A stretch of 64,000 bases of DNA from a virus, in IMG/VR virus record IMGVR_UViG_3300046777_001606, positions 43,802 through 107,801 of that record; one strand, written 5' to 3'. A program made the position numbers and the translations under genes. The notes under the pieces are model-generated. The model saw nothing but the letters and a program-made list of their open reading frames with translations. It was not told where the DNA came from and did no database searches. Shown piece by piece: positions 59,397 through 64,000 of the stretch. Numbering within the stretch: position 1 is the first letter of the stretch; each line of letters opens with the position of its first letter.

Positions 59397-59895
59397 TTCT
59401 GTTAAAATCATTGATAATTTTTTAACAATAGAATATTTTAATTATATAAAGCAAGAAATATTTAACAATAATTTTCCTTGGTATTGTGATACGGTTTTAG
59501 AACCACCTCTTCAATTATGTGAAGATAAAGATAATACATTTTTCTGCCATCTTCTCTATATTAATAGAAGATCTAAAAGCAATTATTTTCATGTCTTTGA
59601 GCAGTTGTTTGATACTTTGGATATTAAATCTTTAATTAGAGCAAAATTAAATTTATACCCAAGAACAAATTTAATAGTTGAGCATGGATACCACCAAGAT
59701 AATGATTTTTGTGGTAGTAAGAGCGCAATTTTATATTTGAATAGTTCTGATGGTTATACTAAATTTAGAGATTTAAATAAAATTATTGAATCAAAGGAAA
59801 ATAGAATTATAATTTTTGATTCACAACTCTGGCATACATCAAGTACATGTACTGATACTAGTACAAGAGTGAATCTTAATATTAATTATTTTTAA
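59389..59895 (+). CDS. 2OG-Fe(II) oxygenase
   Basis: IIDNFL, HQD, SDGYT, ENRIIIFD...H, RVNLNINYF; probable GTG start. Confidence 0.83.
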   Translation: MSDSVKIIDNFLTIEYFNYIKQEIFNNNFPWYCDTVLEPPLQLCEDKDNTFFCHLLYINRRSKSNYFHVFEQLFDTLDIKSLIRAKLNLYPRTNLIVEHGYHQDNDFCGSKSAILYLNSSDGYTKFRDLNKIIESKENRIIIFDSQLWHTSSTCTDTSTRVNLNINYF

Positions 59896-59911
59896 GACAA
59901 TAAATATATTT

Positions 59912-59987
59912 GAGACCTTTCGTGCGGTCTCTACAAAAGTCGGAACACCCTAAAAAGAGGTTCGGTTTTTACCGTTCCTCTCTTTTT
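59912..59987 (+). ncRNA. Candidate structured RNA/attenuator upstream of hsp20
   Basis: AATAAATA (59899-59906), then GAGACC/GGTCTC hairpin, then AGAGG-tt-CGGT/ACCG-tt-CCTCT hairpin and T-run. Confidence 0.4.
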
Positions 59988-60009
59988 CGTTTTATGGTTA
60001 AATAATAAT

Positions 60010-60065
60010 GGATGCCGAAAGGGTCCACAAAACACAAACTCGCTTTAAAAGGAGCTACTAAAATG
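60010..60065 (+). promoter_or_regulatory. ROSE-like RNA thermometer in the hsp20 5' UTR
   Basis: GAAA-capped hairpin, then CTCGCTT pairing with AAGGAG (SD) with a bulged G; matches the U(U/C)GCU ROSE motif. Confidence 0.6.
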
Positions 60066-60497
60066 ACTAATCTTACACGTTATACTGCTGCGGATCTTCC
60101 TACTCTAATGGATAAGATCACACGCAATAGCATTGGACTTGATGAATATTTTGATCGTTTATTCACGATTCACGAAACAACTTCTAATTATCCACCATAC
60201 AACTTGGTTCAAGTTAGTAATGTAGAGTCAAGACTGGAACTAGCACTTGCTGGATTTAAGAAAAAAGAAGTTTTTGTTTATACTCAAGATGGTAAACTCT
60301 TTATCGAAGGTCAAAAAGAAGATAAGGAGACAGACACTAGGTATGTTCACAAAGGTCTGGCTCAACGGTCATTTACACGTTCCTGGACGCTCTCTGATGA
60401 TACGGAAGTTCGATCAGTTGATTTTGAGGATGGGCTTTTGACAGTTACTCTTGGTAGAATTGTTCCTGATCATCATAAGAGGAAAGATTATCTCTAA
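60063..60497 (+). CDS. hsp20: Small heat shock protein
   Basis: NYPPYNL, ELALAGF, HKGLAQRSF, FEDGLLTV; ATG 60063 follows SD AAGGAG. Confidence 0.96.
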   Translation: MTNLTRYTAADLPTLMDKITRNSIGLDEYFDRLFTIHETTSNYPPYNLVQVSNVESRLELALAGFKKKEVFVYTQDGKLFIEGQKEDKETDTRYVHKGLAQRSFTRSWTLSDDTEVRSVDFEDGLLTVTLGRIVPDHHKRKDYL

Positions 60498-60509
60498 ATA
60501 AAAATAAAA

Positions 60510-60677
60510 ATGAAATCTTTCCGCCAGTTTTTTAATGAAGTAAAAACGATTGCATATCCTGCAGCAAAACCACATAAAGTTTATCGTAAGGGAAAAGTGA
60601 CTAATGTTGGTTCTGGTAGGGCAGTCCCAATTAATCCTGGAAGTGGTGCTGGTGATGGGGGAGGTGACGGAGAATAA
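60510..60677 (+). CDS. Small late peptide with capsid-targeting-like N-terminus
   Basis: Not in ORF track; 55 aa MKSFRQFFNEVKTIAYPAAKPHKVYRKGKVTNVGSGRAVPINPGSGAGDGGGDGE; TCTAAATA at 60493-60500. Confidence 0.6.
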   Translation: MKSFRQFFNEVKTIAYPAAKPHKVYRKGKVTNVGSGRAVPINPGSGAGDGGGDGE

Positions 60678-60700
60678 ATACTTGCGAATATCGTCGGCGC

Positions 60701-60743
60701 GAGGAGTACCTGGCAAAATCCAGGTTGACTCCTCCATTTTTTT
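60701..60743 (+). terminator. Long hairpin terminator overlapping a sigma70 promoter
   Basis: GAGGAGT-ACCTGG-caaaat-CCAGGT-tg-ACTCCTC, then T7; TTGACT (60725-60730), 17 nt spacer, TATATT (60748-60753). Confidence 0.7.
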
Positions 60744-60774
60744 GTAGTATATTTGGTAGAGGTATGTAAAATTT

Positions 60775-61146
60775 ATGACTATAAAATTGTCTGTTCTAAA
60801 ATCTGGGGAGAGACTAATTGCTGATATAAAAGAAGCAATTGTCGATGATAAACCAGTGACTTATATTTTTGAAAATCCTTGTTTAGTTTCCATTGAAAAT
60901 AGACAATATAAAATTTCAGATTCTGACGAAGAAAATGTAGAAACTAAAATTGGAATTTCTCTTTATCCTTGGCCAACTTTTTCTAAAGATAAAGTCATAC
61001 CAGTTCCTCTTGATTGGGTTGTTACCGTAGTCGAACCCACAGATGATCTTAAGCAAATGTACGAAAGGGATGTTTTAACTCATGGAAGAAAAGAAATTGA
61101 AGATCTTAGTTCTACAGAACAAGACGATTCTTCTGACGCAAATTGA
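60775..61146 (+). CDS. Conserved hypothetical protein
   Basis: LKSGERLIADI, LYPWP, DWVVTVVEP; usual pre-gp43 gene in cyanomyoviruses. Confidence 0.75.
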   Translation: MTIKLSVLKSGERLIADIKEAIVDDKPVTYIFENPCLVSIENRQYKISDSDEENVETKIGISLYPWPTFSKDKVIPVPLDWVVTVVEPTDDLKQMYERDVLTHGRKEIEDLSSTEQDDSSDAN

Positions 61147-61360
61147 AGAGATTGGTGCTGATATTGGCGAACCAGATTGTAAACTTATAGAACCATTCTT
61201 AATTAAAGAATCTGAAATATCGGATACAACTTTAACTATGGAACCTTGGTTAGTATCTTATACAGATCAGAATACTTTCATGCTCCATTCTGATAAAATT
61301 TTAACCATTGCTGATCCTAATTCCAGACTTCTAAACCTTTATAAAGACTTGACTAAGTAA
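61082..61360 (+). CDS. Conserved hypothetical protein
   Basis: DIGEPDCKLIEPF, PWL, SDKILTIADP. Confidence 0.75.
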   Translation: MEEKKLKILVLQNKTILLTQIEEIGADIGEPDCKLIEPFLIKESEISDTTLTMEPWLVSYTDQNTFMLHSDKILTIADPNSRLLNLYKDLTK

Positions 61361-63855
61361 TGAGATTTTATACCAATGTGCAAATGATCGGGAACAAGTT
61401 TCTCGTTCGTGGTTATGAAAATGGTCAACATGTAATGTTTAAAGAAGAATATCATCCAACATTGTTTGTAAAGTCTTCTAAAAATACAAAATATAAAACC
61501 TTAGATGGGGAGTATGTAGATCCAATTAATCCTGGATATGTATCTGACTGTAGAGAATTTTATAAAAGATATGATGGGGTAGAAGGATTTAAAATTTATG
61601 GTAACGACAGATATATTTGCCAGTATATCTCGGACAAATATCCTGAGGAAGAAATTAAATTTGATATTAATAAAATTAAGTTAATTACAGTAGATATTGA
61701 GGTTTCTGCCGAACAAGGATTTCCCGATGCAAATTCATGTTCAGAAGAAATTCTGACTATTACTATTCAGGATTATTCTACTAAAAATATTGTTACTTGG
61801 GGAGTTAAGCCATTTAATAATACTCAGGCAAACGTAAAGTACATTTGTTGCGATAGTGAAAGAAATCTTCTTTTGAGTTTTCTTAATTTTTGGATAGAAA
61901 ACACTCCAGAAGTAATCACTGGATGGAATATTCAACTTTATGATATCCCATATATTTGTGGGAGACTTTATAGAGTTTTGGGTGAGAAGACAATGAAGAA
62001 ATTTTCTCCTTGGGGATTAGTTACAGAAGGGGAAATTTACATCAATGGTAGAAGGCATACAACATATGATGTTGGTGGTATTACTCAATTAGATTATCTT
62101 GATTTATATAAAAAGTTTACATATAAAGCTCAAGAATCTTATCGCCTTGATTATATTGCCGAAGTCGAACTCGGACAGAAAAAATTAGATCACTCTGAGT
62201 TTGATACGTTTAAAGATTTTTACACTAATGGGTGGCAAAAATTTGTTGAATATAACATTCGAGACGTAGAACTTGTAGACCGTTTAGAAGATAAAATGAA
62301 GCTCATCGAACTAGCCATTACCATGGCTTTTGATGCTAAGTTGAATTTTAGTGATGTGTTCTATCAAGTTAGAATGTGGGATAATATTATCTACAACTAT
62401 TTGAAAAAAAGGAACATTGTTATTCCTCCTAAGGTTAGATCTGCAAAAGATGAAAAATACGCTGGAGCATATGTAAAAGAACCAAAACCTGGTGTTTATG
62501 ATTGGGTTGTTAATTTTGACCTCAATTCTCTGTATCCACATCTCATTATGATGTACAATGTTTCTCCAGAAACCTTAATTGACGATAAACACCCAACAAT
62601 TAGTGTAGATAAAATTCTCAATCAAGAATTGACTTTTGAGATGTATAAAGATTATGCAGTGTGTGCAAATGGGGCAATGTTCCGCAAGGACGTTCGTGGA
62701 TTTCTTCCAGAACTAATGGAAAAAATGTACAATGAACGAGTCATCTTCAAGAAAAAGATGATCGAGGCAAAAAAACAATACGAAAAAACCCCAACAAAAA
62801 ATCTTGAAAAGGAAATTGCTCGATGCAATAACATTCAAATGGCAAAAAAGATTTCTTTGAATTCTGCTTATGGTGCTATTGGAAATCAATATTTTCGGTA
62901 TTATAAACTTGAAAACGCAGAAGCAATCACTCTTTCGGGTCAGGTAGCGATTCGGTGGATTGAAAATAAGATGAATGCCTATCTCAATAAAATTCTCAAA
63001 ACTGACGGAGTAGATTATGTTATTGCTTCAGATACTGACTCTATCTATCTTAATATGGGTCCTCTGGTTGAAAGTGTATACAAGGGAAGAGAGAAAACTA
63101 CTCAAAGCGTTGTTTCGTTCCTTGATAAGGTCGCTAAAGTGGAACTTGAAAAGTATATTGAAGGTTGCTACCAAGAACTGGCGGACTATGTGAATGCTTA
63201 TGACCAGAAGATGCAGATGAAGCGTGAGAACATTGCCGAGCGTGGAATCTGGACTGCTAAGAAGCGTTATATTCTCAATGTTTGGGATAGTGAAGGTGTT
63301 CGTTATGAAGAACCTAAGCTCAAGATGATGGGTATTGAGGCAGTTAAATCTTCTACACCAGCACCTTGTCGCAAAATGATTAAGGATGGGCTCAAGTTGA
63401 TGATGAATGGTACTGAAGATGATGTAATTAATTTCATAGATAAGTGTCGTGGGGAATTTAAAAATCTTCGCCCAGAGGAAGTAGCTTTTCCCAGGACTGC
63501 ATCAGACGTTCAAAAATATTCCTCTACTTCGAACATTTATGCACCCAAAACTCCTATCCAAGTTCGTGGAGCACTTCTTTTTAATCATTACATTAAACAA
63601 AATAAACTTACGAACAAATATTCTTTAATTCAAAATGGGGAGAAGGTTAAATTTATTTTTTTAAAAAAACCAAATCCAATTCATGAAAATGTAATTTCTT
63701 TTATTCAAGATTTTCCTAAAGAACTTAATCTTGACAAATATATAGATTATGACTTACAATTTGAGAAAAGTTTTGTAGAACCTCTAAAAGCAATCTTAGA
63801 TGCAATTGGATGGAAAGTTGAAAAAATGACTAATTTAGATTCTTTCTTTGTATGA
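61360..63855 (+). CDS. gp43: Family B DNA polymerase
   Basis: DIE exonuclease I, FDLNSLYPH, KISLNSAYG, SDTDS and KKRY motifs. Confidence 0.98.
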   Translation: MRFYTNVQMIGNKFLVRGYENGQHVMFKEEYHPTLFVKSSKNTKYKTLDGEYVDPINPGYVSDCREFYKRYDGVEGFKIYGNDRYICQYISDKYPEEEIKFDINKIKLITVDIEVSAEQGFPDANSCSEEILTITIQDYSTKNIVTWGVKPFNNTQANVKYICCDSERNLLLSFLNFWIENTPEVITGWNIQLYDIPYICGRLYRVLGEKTMKKFSPWGLVTEGEIYINGRRHTTYDVGGITQLDYLDLYKKFTYKAQESYRLDYIAEVELGQKKLDHSEFDTFKDFYTNGWQKFVEYNIRDVELVDRLEDKMKLIELAITMAFDAKLNFSDVFYQVRMWDNIIYNYLKKRNIVIPPKVRSAKDEKYAGAYVKEPKPGVYDWVVNFDLNSLYPHLIMMYNVSPETLIDDKHPTISVDKILNQELTFEMYKDYAVCANGAMFRKDVRGFLPELMEKMYNERVIFKKKMIEAKKQYEKTPTKNLEKEIARCNNIQMAKKISLNSAYGAIGNQYFRYYKLENAEAITLSGQVAIRWIENKMNAYLNKILKTDGVDYVIASDTDSIYLNMGPLVESVYKGREKTTQSVVSFLDKVAKVELEKYIEGCYQELADYVNAYDQKMQMKRENIAERGIWTAKKRYILNVWDSEGVRYEEPKLKMMGIEAVKSSTPAPCRKMIKDGLKLMMNGTEDDVINFIDKCRGEFKNLRPEEVAFPRTASDVQKYSSTSNIYAPKTPIQVRGALLFNHYIKQNKLTNKYSLIQNGEKVKFIFLKKPNPIHENVISFIQDFPKELNLDKYIDYDLQFEKSFVEPLKAILDAIGWKVEKMTNLDSFFV

Positions 63856-64000
63856 TTCTTAATTTATTTTCTAATCAAATATGGAAAGTCAATCTAGATA
63901 TAGAAAAAGAATTTAGAGATAATCTATTAAATCAAATAAATCTAGATTACAAAAAAAATCAGGAAATTAAAAAACCAGATTGGAACTGTAATGTTTATAC
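63852..64000 (+). CDS. Partial ORF running off the window end, possibly another 2OG-Fe(II) oxygenase-like protein
   Basis: ATGA overlap with the gp43 stop; starts MILNLFSNQIWKVNLD and is open to the window end; catalytic motifs not visible. Confidence 0.45.
   Translation, partial: MILNLFSNQIWKVNLDIEKEFRDNLLNQINLDYKKNQEIKKPDWNCNVY

Noticed and set aside
63731-63760. TTGACA-N18-TACAAT inside the 3' end of gp43
   Set aside because: It can be explained by the coding sequence LDKYIDYDLQ in AT-rich DNA. It cannot be supported without TSS data.
32490-63855. Introns or inteins in gp17, gp20, gp23, uvsW, gp46 or gp43
   Set aside because: All are continuous ORFs of ordinary length, with no intein or homing endonuclease motifs seen.
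1-64000. tRNA genes or stop-codon reassignment
   Set aside because: Intergenic gaps are short and I recognised no cloverleaf. Core genes are intact in the standard code and use TAA, TGA and TAG stops.

Overview
This 64 kb window comes from a T4-like myovirus, most likely a cyanophage. The evidence is T4 core gene order plus the cyanophage-typical VrlC-like gene, cobS/cobT-like pair, hsp20, 2OG-Fe(II) oxygenases and an NblA-like small gene. All credible genes lie on the + strand. Positions 1-43.8 kb are the virion module: gp8, VrlC-like, gp13-gp16, a ~19 kb accessory island between gp16 and gp17, then gp17-gp23 and gp3. Positions 43.8-64 kb are the recombination/replication module: uvsY, uvsW, gp55, gp47, gp46, CobT/CobS-like, gp45, gp44, dam, gp62, regA, hsp20 and gp43. 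The most notable observations are: (1) a late-region cassette pairing a Pro-poor, Ser/Thr-rich Gly-X-Gln collagen-like fibre with a GH130/Bmt-like beta-propeller and a GT25-TPR-FkbM fusion, a candidate phage-encoded fibre glycosylation system; (2) matching terminal motifs on consecutive fibre genes, suggesting daisy-chain docking; (3) a ROSE-like RNA thermometer and two structured RNA elements around hsp20; (4) a near-consensus antisense sigma70 promoter aimed at uvsW/uvsY; (5) small genes missed by the ORF track, including an NblA-like gene and a peptide with a T4-like capsid-targeting N-terminus. All family assignments come from motif recognition and synteny by eye; no searches were run.
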